From Candidatus Saccharicenans sp. (GTDB taxonomy: Bacteria > Acidobacteriota > Aminicenantia > Aminicenantales > Saccharicenantaceae), in the NCBI GenBank assembly GCA_030018265.1, contig JASEFX010000001.1, forward strand, positions 53,532 to 117,531: DNA of 64,000 bases, in the 5' to 3' direction. The notes under the pieces were generated by a model. That model had not been told where the DNA came from. It made no database searches and saw only the letters and a list, made by a program, of their open reading frames with translations. A program made the translations under genes and the position numbers. Within the stretch, counting starts at the first letter, position 1; each line of letters starts with the position of its first letter. Positions 28,613 to 36,406 of the stretch are shown here, one piece after another.

Positions 28613-30785
28613 TTCCAGTCTCCTTCTGTTTTTCCAGCCCGGCAAACAGACCGAGCGGGACTTCTATAAAGAGCGGTCTTTTCGGCTGGTCGATTATCTC
28701 GCTTTCCGGAACTCCCTCCTCCTGGAAAAGGCGGTGAACCAGAGGCGTGCAGGTCTTCGCTCCGCACGGACCCATACCGGCTCTGGTTATGGCCTTAATT
28801 TCGTTTATATCCCTCACTCCCTCCCTTATAAGCTTTCTTATTTCCCCGGCGGTAACCCGCTCGCAGCGGCAGATGATCGCTTCGTCGGGGATACGAGACT
28901 GGTATTTTTCTTCGATTTCCTTGATTTCCGGCTGAATTCTTAAACCGCTCACTTTTCTGGCCACAGCTTTTGGCACCGAAACTTTTACAAGAATGGTCCG
29001 GTCGTTACCCTTGATCGATTTGACCGAGTTTACCCGGCTTCTGGCCAGCTCCTGACCGGAAATGTCAACCAGGATGACTTCATCCCCGGGATTGATGGTT
29101 TCTTTTAAGAATTCAAACGGAATGGTGACCTCAGGAAATTCTGGATTTTTTCTGTAATCCACTAAGGTTATGGCCAGCCCCGGGCAGAAGACCACACACC
29201 GCTCGCATCCGGTGCAGCCTTTGCCGTCCTTTTCGTCATAATAGACGGGAATTTTTCTTATATCGCTGCGGTCCACCTCAATCAGCTTTCTCGGACAGAC
29301 AGCCGAACAGGGATCGCAGGGAATCTCCTGAAGGCAGTGGATGGCCGGATATACGCCCTCTTCCTTTTCAGGGTATTGTTCAGAATAGGTCGGTCCGGGA
29401 CGTGATTTCAATATTTCTGCCGTTCGGTACCAGTCTTCCGGGATTTCTCCTGTATAAACTCCCAGCGCGCGGGCAATTTCCAGTCCTCTGATTTTTCCAG
29501 AAAAAATGGCGGCGGAAGCTTCGGCTATTTCTTCGGCGTCTCCGGCGGCGTAAACCGGAAGGTCGAACTCTCTGGCCTTAAGGTAGAATTCATTGACCGG
29601 ATCAAGACCGACAGCGATCAGCACCGTGTCGCACTTGATGGTTTTTTCAGTACCAGGGATCAGCTGGAATTTTTCGTCCACTCTGGCGATGGTCACCGAT
29701 TCCACTGAATCTTTCCCGTTGGCGCTGAGAATCGTATGTGAAGTAAGAATAGGAACGCCAAGTCTAGCCAGTTTGTCTTTGTGAACTTTGTACCCGCCAA
29801 CTTCAGGCATTACCTCCACCAGCCCGACCACCTGGATCCCGGCCTGGAGCGCGTGATAGCCGGCGATCAAACCGACATTGCCGCCACCGACGATAAACAA
29901 CCTCTCGGTCGGCTTGACCAGGTCCCGGTTGACCAGAGTCTGAAAGGCTCCTGCTCCGTAAACTCCCGGCAGGTCATTTCCCGGAAAGGCCAAGGACTTT
30001 TCCCGGGCACCGGTGGCCACGAGCAGGATTTTCGGTTTTACCAGGACGTATTTTGTTCCTTCTTTAAGTATTCCGACTTTTTTATCGCTGAAAACAGCCA
30101 GCGCCGTGCTGCGTAGCCAGACGCTGACGTTCGGGAATTTTTTTATTTCATTTTCCAGCCTGGTGGCGATGTCTATGCCTCTTGTACCGGCAAAAACCGC
30201 ATCGACCGAACCAAAAAAGCGGTGGGTTTGAAGCACCAGCTTCCCGCCCAGACGATGTTTATCGTCTACCAGCAGACAATCCACTCCGCGCTGGCCGAGT
30301 TCGATGGCGGCTGACAGACCGGCCGGTCCACCCCCGATGATCAAAACAGAGAATTCCAGCTGTTCGATCGGTTTGAACTCAGGGATTTCTTCCGGATTTA
30401 CCGCGGGAAGTTCGGGCAACCCGACGACCGGTTCAATCTTCATCCCGGGCCTGATAAACTCCATGCACGATTTCACCGGAAAACCGTCAGCCAGAACCAG
30501 ACACTGGGCGCACTGACCGTTCGCGCAGAAAATTCCCTGGGGAGCTCCGTCCCTGTGGTGATAGCTTAATATTCTGATACCGTTGGCAAACAGGGCAGAA
30601 GCGATGGTTTCGCCCTCTCTGGCTTTCAGCTCTTTGCCCTGAAAATAAAAGGTGAAAAGCGGTTTTTCTTCAACCGGAAGGATTGGATGTTTATAAAGGC
30701 GATTGTCGATCAAAGGAAACTCCTTCAATCTGGAATAATCAATAAGCTTAATATATCGAAAATTTAGAGTGGCATTATAGCACAA
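28599..30785 (-). CDS. Multi-domain flavo-iron-sulfur oxidoreductase alpha subunit: N-terminal [2Fe-2S] domain, FAD/NAD(P)-binding domain, 4Fe-4S ferredoxin motifs and BFD-like [2Fe-2S] domain (SoxA/HcnAB/OoxA-like)
   Basis: N-terminal Cys cluster (CANGQCAQC...C). Two Rossmann motifs (LIIGGGPAGLSAA and FIVGGGNVGL). Ferredoxin CxxCxxC motifs (CPRK..., CTGCERCVVFCPG). A C-terminal CRCERVTAGE...CGAKTC BFD-like motif. The exact start is uncertain and may be a non-ATG codon. Confidence 0.55.
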   Translation of the reverse strand: MCYNATLNFRYIKLIDYSRLKEFPLIDNRLYKHPILPVEEKPLFTFYFQGKELKAREGETIASALFANGIRILSYHHRDGAPQGIFCANGQCAQCLVLADGFPVKSCMEFIRPGMKIEPVVGLPELPAVNPEEIPEFKPIEQLEFSVLIIGGGPAGLSAAIELGQRGVDCLLVDDKHRLGGKLVLQTHRFFGSVDAVFAGTRGIDIATRLENEIKKFPNVSVWLRSTALAVFSDKKVGILKEGTKYVLVKPKILLVATGAREKSLAFPGNDLPGVYGAGAFQTLVNRDLVKPTERLFIVGGGNVGLIAGYHALQAGIQVVGLVEVMPEVGGYKVHKDKLARLGVPILTSHTILSANGKDSVESVTIARVDEKFQLIPGTEKTIKCDTVLIAVGLDPVNEFYLKAREFDLPVYAAGDAEEIAEASAAIFSGKIRGLEIARALGVYTGEIPEDWYRTAEILKSRPGPTYSEQYPEKEEGVYPAIHCLQEIPCDPCSAVCPRKLIEVDRSDIRKIPVYYDEKDGKGCTGCERCVVFCPGLAITLVDYRKNPEFPEVTIPFEFLKETINPGDEVILVDISGQELARSRVNSVKSIKGNDRTILVKVSVPKAVARKVSGLRIQPEIKEIEEKYQSRIPDEAIICRCERVTAGEIRKLIREGVRDINEIKAITRAGMGPCGAKTCTPLVHRLFQEEGVPESEIIDQPKRPLFIEVPLGLFAGLEKQKETGNEPR

Positions 30786-31035
30786 TATTTTTTTGTAAAT
30801 AAATAGCCCGCTGAATTCTAAAAATTTTCATTCTGATCGCCGCTCTGCGCCGGATAGTCGAGTGCCGTCCTGCGGTTTAATAGATTTTGTTCATTCAGTT
30901 TTGTGCTGCCTGGAAAAATCGTTATAATGAAAAACAGTTTAACCTCAGCTCAGGCTGGCACGATGCTGGAGGCGATGAAAGAAGATAAGATTTTAAGACC
31001 CGACCCTGATCAGACTTTTTTCAAGGGAGAGAAGC

Positions 31036-32121
31036 ATGTTTATCAATTCTGAACTCAGCGGAATTTCTGTGGAACCTTTCCGGGGAGATCTGGAAGCGCT
31101 GGAGAGGATGGCCCATCATTCCTGGCGGGAAGAATACGGCCTTTCCTCTTTTCCCAACCTTTACCGTCCGGAATTTGTCAGATATCTTCAGCGTATCGCG
31201 GGTGACCCAAGGCACTTTTTGGCTGCTTATAAGGACGGAGAAATTCTGGCGTTTCTGGCAAACATACCCCGGCACTTTAACTATCAGGGAAAAATTTACA
31301 GGGCAATTTTAAGTTGCCTGCTTGTCAGCCGGCGGGAGTACGCCAGAAAGGGACTGGCCAGCGCCGTCATCAGAGAAGCGGTCAGGATTAACCAGGAAAT
31401 TACCCATTATGACTTTGCGCTGCTCTACCTGGAATCCGGGCATGCTTCCACCCGTCTGATCGAAAGGTTCCGTGAAGAAGGACAGCCGCTTCAATTCATA
31501 AAAAAGATGTACGTTCTCGGGCGCGTTCTTCATCTCGAGCCGGTGGCTTATTCTGAGGGTTTGAGACGCTGGGAAAAAGCGCTGATCAAGCTCTGGGGAG
31601 CCGACCGTCTTCCGCGTCCCATGGACGACCACCAGCTGGAGGTGGAAGAACTGAAGCCTGAAGATTTTAATGAAGTGATGAGTCTTCTCAACTCTTATAC
31701 AGGTCGGGTGGAACTGGCCCGGGTCTGGCAGTCGGTGGAAGAGCTGGAAAAAGAGCTTGTCTATCCGGATGTTTCCGTAACGCTGGCGGTTAAAAAAGGC
31801 GGGCGGCTGGCAGCGGTCCTGAATTATCTCATTCATGACCATATCGGAAAGAAAGTCGAACGCTGGGCCTGGTTAAACCATCTGCATTTAGAAAATCTAA
31901 CCGCCGAAGAAAAAATCTGGCTGATTAATTACTTAATGCGTTATCTGGGCGAGCGGGACCTGGTCGGAGTTATAGAATGGACGAAAGGATATTACCCGCA
32001 AAATTTTCTTATCCGCAGCCGCTTTTTCCCTTATCCACGGAGTGTCGCTCTCCATTCCTGGGTATTTAACCCGGAATTGAAATTTAAAAAAATGAAGAGA
32101 ATATACGAAGTGCAGATTTGA
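31036..32121 (+). CDS. FemAB/GNAT-like acyltransferase-fold protein (tandem GNAT-like halves), function unknown
   Basis: 361 aa. A GNAT motif-A-like segment LLVSRREYARKGLASAVIREAV is present, and the second half is again alpha/beta. Divergent to the alpha/beta oxidase operon. A TTGTGC-N16-TATAAT promoter-like element lies upstream, at about 30912-30939. Confidence 0.35.
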   Translation: MFINSELSGISVEPFRGDLEALERMAHHSWREEYGLSSFPNLYRPEFVRYLQRIAGDPRHFLAAYKDGEILAFLANIPRHFNYQGKIYRAILSCLLVSRREYARKGLASAVIREAVRINQEITHYDFALLYLESGHASTRLIERFREEGQPLQFIKKMYVLGRVLHLEPVAYSEGLRRWEKALIKLWGADRLPRPMDDHQLEVEELKPEDFNEVMSLLNSYTGRVELARVWQSVEELEKELVYPDVSVTLAVKKGGRLAAVLNYLIHDHIGKKVERWAWLNHLHLENLTAEEKIWLINYLMRYLGERDLVGVIEWTKGYYPQNFLIRSRFFPYPRSVALHSWVFNPELKFKKMKRIYEVQI

Positions 32122-32260
32122 GCTTCCGGATTACTGTCATAAAGCTGCCGGATGCAGTTATGTGGACGGGGAAGAGTTCATTCGCGAGATTTTTCCGATT
32201 GATGTAGAATCTGACTGGAAAAATTCCTGGCTTATGATTAAATGAACTGAGGACACGAAA

Positions 32261-32344
32261 ATGAAGACCCGATTGAAATATTTATTCTTTTTTTTGTGGC
32301 TGCTTTTTACTCTTTCTTTCATTTCTTCCGGGAGTAACGTTTGA
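32261..32344 (+). CDS. 27-codon signal-peptide-like ORF ending in TGA, in frame with and immediately upstream of the GH127 gene
   Basis: Translates as MKTRLKYLFFFLWLLFTLSFISSGSNV*. It is in the same frame as ATG 32345. It contains a T8 homopolymer at about 32287-32294. Confidence 0.3.
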   Translation: MKTRLKYLFFFLWLLFTLSFISSGSNV

Positions 32345-34300
32345 ATGGAAATTAAAACGGTAAAAACTCCACCATCTGACCGGCTGAGTCCTTTTTATAC
32401 GGGCAACAAACCGCCTCTACGGCCGAATGCGCTCGTCAAGCTCCCTCCAGGGCAGATAGAACCCAGAGGCTGGCTCCTCAGTCAGCTGAAACTTATGGCT
32501 GAGGGCCTGACCGGCAGGCTTGAAGAAATATCTCCTTTCCTGAGGGAAGATTCCGGCTGGTTAACCCTGAAAGGTAAGGGCTGGGAAGAGATGCCCTACT
32601 GGCTTAAGGGATATCTCGACCTCAGTTATCTCCTGAAGGATCCTGAAATGATAGCCACCGCCAGGAAATGGGTGGAAGCCATCCTGAAAAGCCAGCAACC
32701 GGATGGATATTTCGGGCCGGTAGAGAATAAGGTTAACAACGACCTCTGGCCCAACATGGTAGCGCTGGCCTGTTTGCAGAGTTATTATGAGTTTACTTCC
32801 GACCGCCGGGTTCTGGACTTTATGACCGGTTATTTCCGGTATCAGCTCCAGATGCCCGAGGAAAAGCTCTTCCCGGGAAGCTGGCAGAAGTTGCGGGCCG
32901 GCGAAAATCTGGAAAGTGTTTACTGGCTTTATAATCGGACGGGTGAGAAATGGCTGCTGGAACTCGGTCATAAAATCTACAGGCGGACAGCTGACTGGGC
33001 TTCGCCGATCCTCACTCCCGAGCGTGACCGCAACTGGGAAGAAAGTTCCTTTTACCACGGAGTTAACATCGCCATGGGTTTTCGATACCCGGCCGTTTAT
33101 TTTCAGCAAAGCGGAGACGCAAGACTTCTGGAAGCGGTGGAAAATAACTACCGTCAGGTGATGGATTCTTACGGCCAGCAGCCGGGAGGCATGTTCGGAG
33201 CTGATGAAAACATAAGACCTGGTTACAACGACCCCCGGCAGGGAGCCGAGACCTGCACGATGGTAGAATTCATGAACAGTTTTGAGTCTCTCCTGAAAAT
33301 AACGGGAGAGGTGGTTCAGGCTGACCGGGCGGAAGAGATAGCTCTGAATTCTCTGCCGGCGGCTCTGACACCTGATTTGAAAGGGCTGCATTACCTGACA
33401 GCAGCCAACCTTATTTCCTGCGACATTTCGGGAGAACATGACTTCCAGAATTCCGGAGCACTCGTTTCTTACGACCCCTGGAAATATCGATGCTGTCAGC
33501 ATAACGTGGCTTTCGGGTGGCCTTATTACGTTGAGCATCTCTGGCTGGCCACACCCGATGGCGGTATAGCCGCGATTTTTTACGGACCATCGTCGGTCAG
33601 TTTCAAAGCCGGAGAGAAAGGAATTCCCGCGAGGATCGTTCAGGATACCGACTATCCGTTTGAGACGAGAATTGACCTCACCATCTTTCTGGAAGAACCG
33701 GTCGAATTTCCTGTCTACCTCCGTCTGCCCGGATGGGCAGAAAAAGCCTGGCTCTCTATTAACGGCAGCAGAGAGGTTGAGTTGAAAAATCCTGGAGAGT
33801 ATGCGGCTGTACGCAGATTCTGGAAAAATGGTGATCGGATAACGCTTTTGCTCAACCAGCCAGTTAAAGTTCATTTCTGGCCGGGCATCGGGCAGGCAGC
33901 TTCCGTCAGGCGTGGGCCTCTCTGGTATTCGCTGGAGATAAAAGAAGAATGGAAAAGAGCTGGCGGCACAGATGATTGGCCCGCCTGGGAGGTTCTTCCG
34001 GCCTCGCCCTGGAATTACGCTCTTGTGCTTGACCCGCAAAATCCGGAAAAAGGAATCGAACTGATAGAGAAAAGGTCGGTAAGCTATCAGCCCTTTTCTC
34101 ATGAAAGAGCTCCGCTTGTTTTGAAGGTCCGGGCGAAAAGGTTGCCTCAGTGGAAGGAAGAGGGCAGGATGGTCGGCCGGGTTCCACCGAGTCCTGTTCT
34201 GACTGAAGCAGCGGAAGAGGACATCAGATTGATTCCGATGGGCTGCGCCAGGTTGAGAATTACCTGTTTTCCCTGGGTAAAATGGAAACAGGGCAGGTAA
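32345..34300 (+). CDS. Glycoside hydrolase family 127 (DUF1680; beta-L-arabinofuranosidase HypBA1-like)
   Basis: 651 aa. The E-T-C motif (AETCTMVEF) and CC pair (YRCCQHN) correspond to the Glu/Cys zinc and catalytic residues of GH127. Overall DUF1680 layout. No signal peptide in the ORF as called. Confidence 0.65.
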   Translation: MEIKTVKTPPSDRLSPFYTGNKPPLRPNALVKLPPGQIEPRGWLLSQLKLMAEGLTGRLEEISPFLREDSGWLTLKGKGWEEMPYWLKGYLDLSYLLKDPEMIATARKWVEAILKSQQPDGYFGPVENKVNNDLWPNMVALACLQSYYEFTSDRRVLDFMTGYFRYQLQMPEEKLFPGSWQKLRAGENLESVYWLYNRTGEKWLLELGHKIYRRTADWASPILTPERDRNWEESSFYHGVNIAMGFRYPAVYFQQSGDARLLEAVENNYRQVMDSYGQQPGGMFGADENIRPGYNDPRQGAETCTMVEFMNSFESLLKITGEVVQADRAEEIALNSLPAALTPDLKGLHYLTAANLISCDISGEHDFQNSGALVSYDPWKYRCCQHNVAFGWPYYVEHLWLATPDGGIAAIFYGPSSVSFKAGEKGIPARIVQDTDYPFETRIDLTIFLEEPVEFPVYLRLPGWAEKAWLSINGSREVELKNPGEYAAVRRFWKNGDRITLLLNQPVKVHFWPGIGQAASVRRGPLWYSLEIKEEWKRAGGTDDWPAWEVLPASPWNYALVLDPQNPEKGIELIEKRSVSYQPFSHERAPLVLKVRAKRLPQWKEEGRMVGRVPPSPVLTEAAEEDIRLIPMGCARLRITCFPWVKWKQGR

Positions 34301-34333
34301 GGACCGCAGCATAAACTCAATGGAGGCCTGCAG

Positions 34334-35242
34334 ATGAAAAAGAAAAGGTTAAAAAGCTTATTTATCTGGTTGACGATTTTCGCCGGGGGTATCTGCCAGC
34401 TTTACAGCCAGACCGCCGACAGCCGGCTGGTTTCGACTGAATGGCTTCAGACAAATCTATCAAGAAAGGACCTGAGAATCATTGATATGAGAGCGGATAT
34501 CCGCGATTACTGGGCAGGCCATATCCCTGGAGCGGTTTATCTCGATGAAACTGCCCTTCGCTGGCCATCAGGGGGAGTTCCGGGAAGGCTTCTGCCTCTG
34601 GAAGTTTTTGTGCGTTTGCTCGAAGAGATGGGTATAGACCATAAAACCACCATCATCATATACACGGAGATAAATAATTATCGGGCAACCTATCTGGCCT
34701 GGGCTCTTGATTATTTCGGTCACAGAAGCTGGGCGATCCTTGACGGAGGATTCAACCGCTGGAAGAGCGAGAACCGTCCGGTCTCCCGGGATTATCCAGC
34801 GATAGAAAGGAAAGGTTATGGCAGAAGAGTGGTTCCGGACGAAACCGTGAGAGTCACTCTTGATCAGGTAAAAAACAGAAATTCGGAAAAAACCGTGTTG
34901 CTCGATGTCCGTCCGGCCGAGCTCTATTCAGGGGAGCGCGGAAACTGGAAGAGAAACGGACACATTCCCGGAGCCATAAACATCTTCTGGGCATCCTTCC
35001 TGAAAGAAGACGGCAGCTGGAAGGACCTCAAATTTCTGGCTGAAAATCTTAAAGCTCTGGGTATTACTACGGATAAAACCATAATTGTTTCCTGCGGCCA
35101 GGGGTTGATGGCTTCCCATACGTATCTTACTCTTAAATATCTTCTGAAATATCCGGATGTCAGGCTTTACGACGGCAGTTTCAACGAATGGAGCAACCGG
35201 GATGACCTTCCGGTGGAAACGAGAAGGAGTGAAGAAAGATGA
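34334..35242 (+). CDS. Thiosulfate/3-mercaptopyruvate sulfurtransferase (tandem rhodanese domains), secreted
   Basis: Signal peptide. Two rhodanese domains. Active-site loop VSCGQG in the second domain. Confidence 0.6.
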   Translation: MKKKRLKSLFIWLTIFAGGICQLYSQTADSRLVSTEWLQTNLSRKDLRIIDMRADIRDYWAGHIPGAVYLDETALRWPSGGVPGRLLPLEVFVRLLEEMGIDHKTTIIIYTEINNYRATYLAWALDYFGHRSWAILDGGFNRWKSENRPVSRDYPAIERKGYGRRVVPDETVRVTLDQVKNRNSEKTVLLDVRPAELYSGERGNWKRNGHIPGAINIFWASFLKEDGSWKDLKFLAENLKALGITTDKTIIVSCGQGLMASHTYLTLKYLLKYPDVRLYDGSFNEWSNRDDLPVETRRSEER

Positions 35243-35379
35243 GCAGGAGAAAACTGACAGCATTCCTCATTTTAGCTTTATCGGCGGTTCTGATAGCGCT
35301 TGGACTTTTTGCCGGAGAATATAAAGTGGTATGGCAGAAGGCAGCCACGGTCTGCCTTGAATGCATCGGTATCGGATAG
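35239..35379 (+). CDS. 46-aa membrane micropeptide with a C-terminal CxxC motif
   Basis: ATG overlaps the rhodanese TGA (ATGA), which suggests translational coupling. Translates as MSRRKLTAFLILALSAVLIALGLFAGEYKVVWQKAATVCLECIGIG*. Not in the ORF track because it is under 60 aa. Confidence 0.4.
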   Translation: MSRRKLTAFLILALSAVLIALGLFAGEYKVVWQKAATVCLECIGIG

Positions 35380-35390
35380 GGTAGAGGGCG

Positions 35391-36293
35391 ATGAAAGCAC
35401 TGCGAACTGAAGTGAAACGAAGATTGTTTCAGGTGGCCGCGGCGGTCGGTTTTAATGCCGATTTTCTCTCGGCTGCCCGTGGAAACATCAGCCAGGTTCC
35501 GACCAAAGGAATCTGTCTTCCGGCTCTTAACTGTTACTCCTGCCCGGCAGCTGCTGGCGCCTGTCCGGTAGGAGCTCTGCAGAATGCTCTGAGTTCCCTG
35601 CGCTATAACCTGGCTTCGGGTCAAAAAAAAATCGGCCTTTATGTGGCGGGAAGTCTCGGGATTATGGGGGTGGCAGGAGGACGTTTGCCCTGCGGCTGGC
35701 TCTGTCCTTTTGGTTTGTTCCAGGAGATTATCTATAAAATTCCTCTGCCGAAGATAAAGATTCCCCGGATTCTAACCCACCTGAGATATTTGATTCTGTC
35801 GCTTTTTGTTATCCTTCTCCCTTTTATAATCGTTGACGATTCTGGCCTCGGCTGGCCCTGGTTCTGTAAATGGATCTGCCCGGCGGGAACTCTTGAGGCC
35901 GGAATATTTCTGGCGCTGCTGAACCCGGCGATCAGGAATCAACTCGGCTGGCTGTTTGCCTGGAAAACCGCGCTGCTTATTTTATTTCTCCTCTGGATGG
36001 CCGTTTCCCAGAGACCATTCTGCCGCACCGTCTGTCCTCTCGGAACGATTCTCGGGTTTTTTAATCGCTGGAGCTTTTTCCGGATGAAGGTAAAGAACGA
36101 AGACTGCATTGTCTGCGACGCCTGTTACCGGGTCTGTCCGGTTGAGATCAGGATTTATCAGAACCCTGACAGTTCCAGCTGCATCAGATGTTTGAAGTGC
36201 GAGCAGGTCTGTCCCACGACCTGCATCTCTCATGGCTTCTGGTTGCCTGAGGAAAGTACGGCCGAAATCAAGACCGGATGCAGCCATAGTTGA
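35391..36293 (+). CDS. NapH/MauN-like membrane polyferredoxin (COG0348; 4Fe-4S binding)
   Basis: Repeated CxxCP.G motifs (CYSCPAAAGACPVG, CPFG, CPAG, CPLG) within TM helices. Two C-terminal ferredoxin motifs (CIVCDACYRVCP, CIRCLKCEQVCP). Confidence 0.6.
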   Translation: MKALRTEVKRRLFQVAAAVGFNADFLSAARGNISQVPTKGICLPALNCYSCPAAAGACPVGALQNALSSLRYNLASGQKKIGLYVAGSLGIMGVAGGRLPCGWLCPFGLFQEIIYKIPLPKIKIPRILTHLRYLILSLFVILLPFIIVDDSGLGWPWFCKWICPAGTLEAGIFLALLNPAIRNQLGWLFAWKTALLILFLLWMAVSQRPFCRTVCPLGTILGFFNRWSFFRMKVKNEDCIVCDACYRVCPVEIRIYQNPDSSSCIRCLKCEQVCPTTCISHGFWLPEESTAEIKTGCSHS

Positions 36294-36406
36294 TATTTGC
36301 CAATTTCAGTTCATAAACTGAAAGGTCAGGGAAGGATGAGACAGGGCGCAGATCAGTTATAGAAGGCATTATGGAAGGCATAAGATCCCGGGGGGGGGAA
36401 ATTGAC

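Noticed and set aside
30950-30985. Sigma-54 promoter-like CTGGCACGATGCTGGAG upstream of the FemAB/GNAT-like gene
   Set aside because: The -24 TGGCAC is perfect, but the -12 element is TGGA rather than TTGC at the required spacing. A clean sigma-70 -35/-10 lies 25 nt upstream instead.
32261-32347. Genome-wide UGA recoding (code 25 or selenocysteine) to explain the in-frame TGA before GH127
   Set aside because: TGA serves as the terminal stop of many well-defined genes in this window (rhodanese, PFOR, hyuA and others), and GC content is about 55%, unlike UGA-recoding lineages. No SECIS-like hairpin is apparent immediately downstream.
32561-34312. 583-aa ORF on the minus strand
   Set aside because: It lies fully antisense to the GH127 gene, whose plus-strand product has specific family motifs (E-T-C and CC). 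The minus-strand product is low-complexity and Arg/Pro-rich, typical of a shadow ORF in GC-rich DNA.
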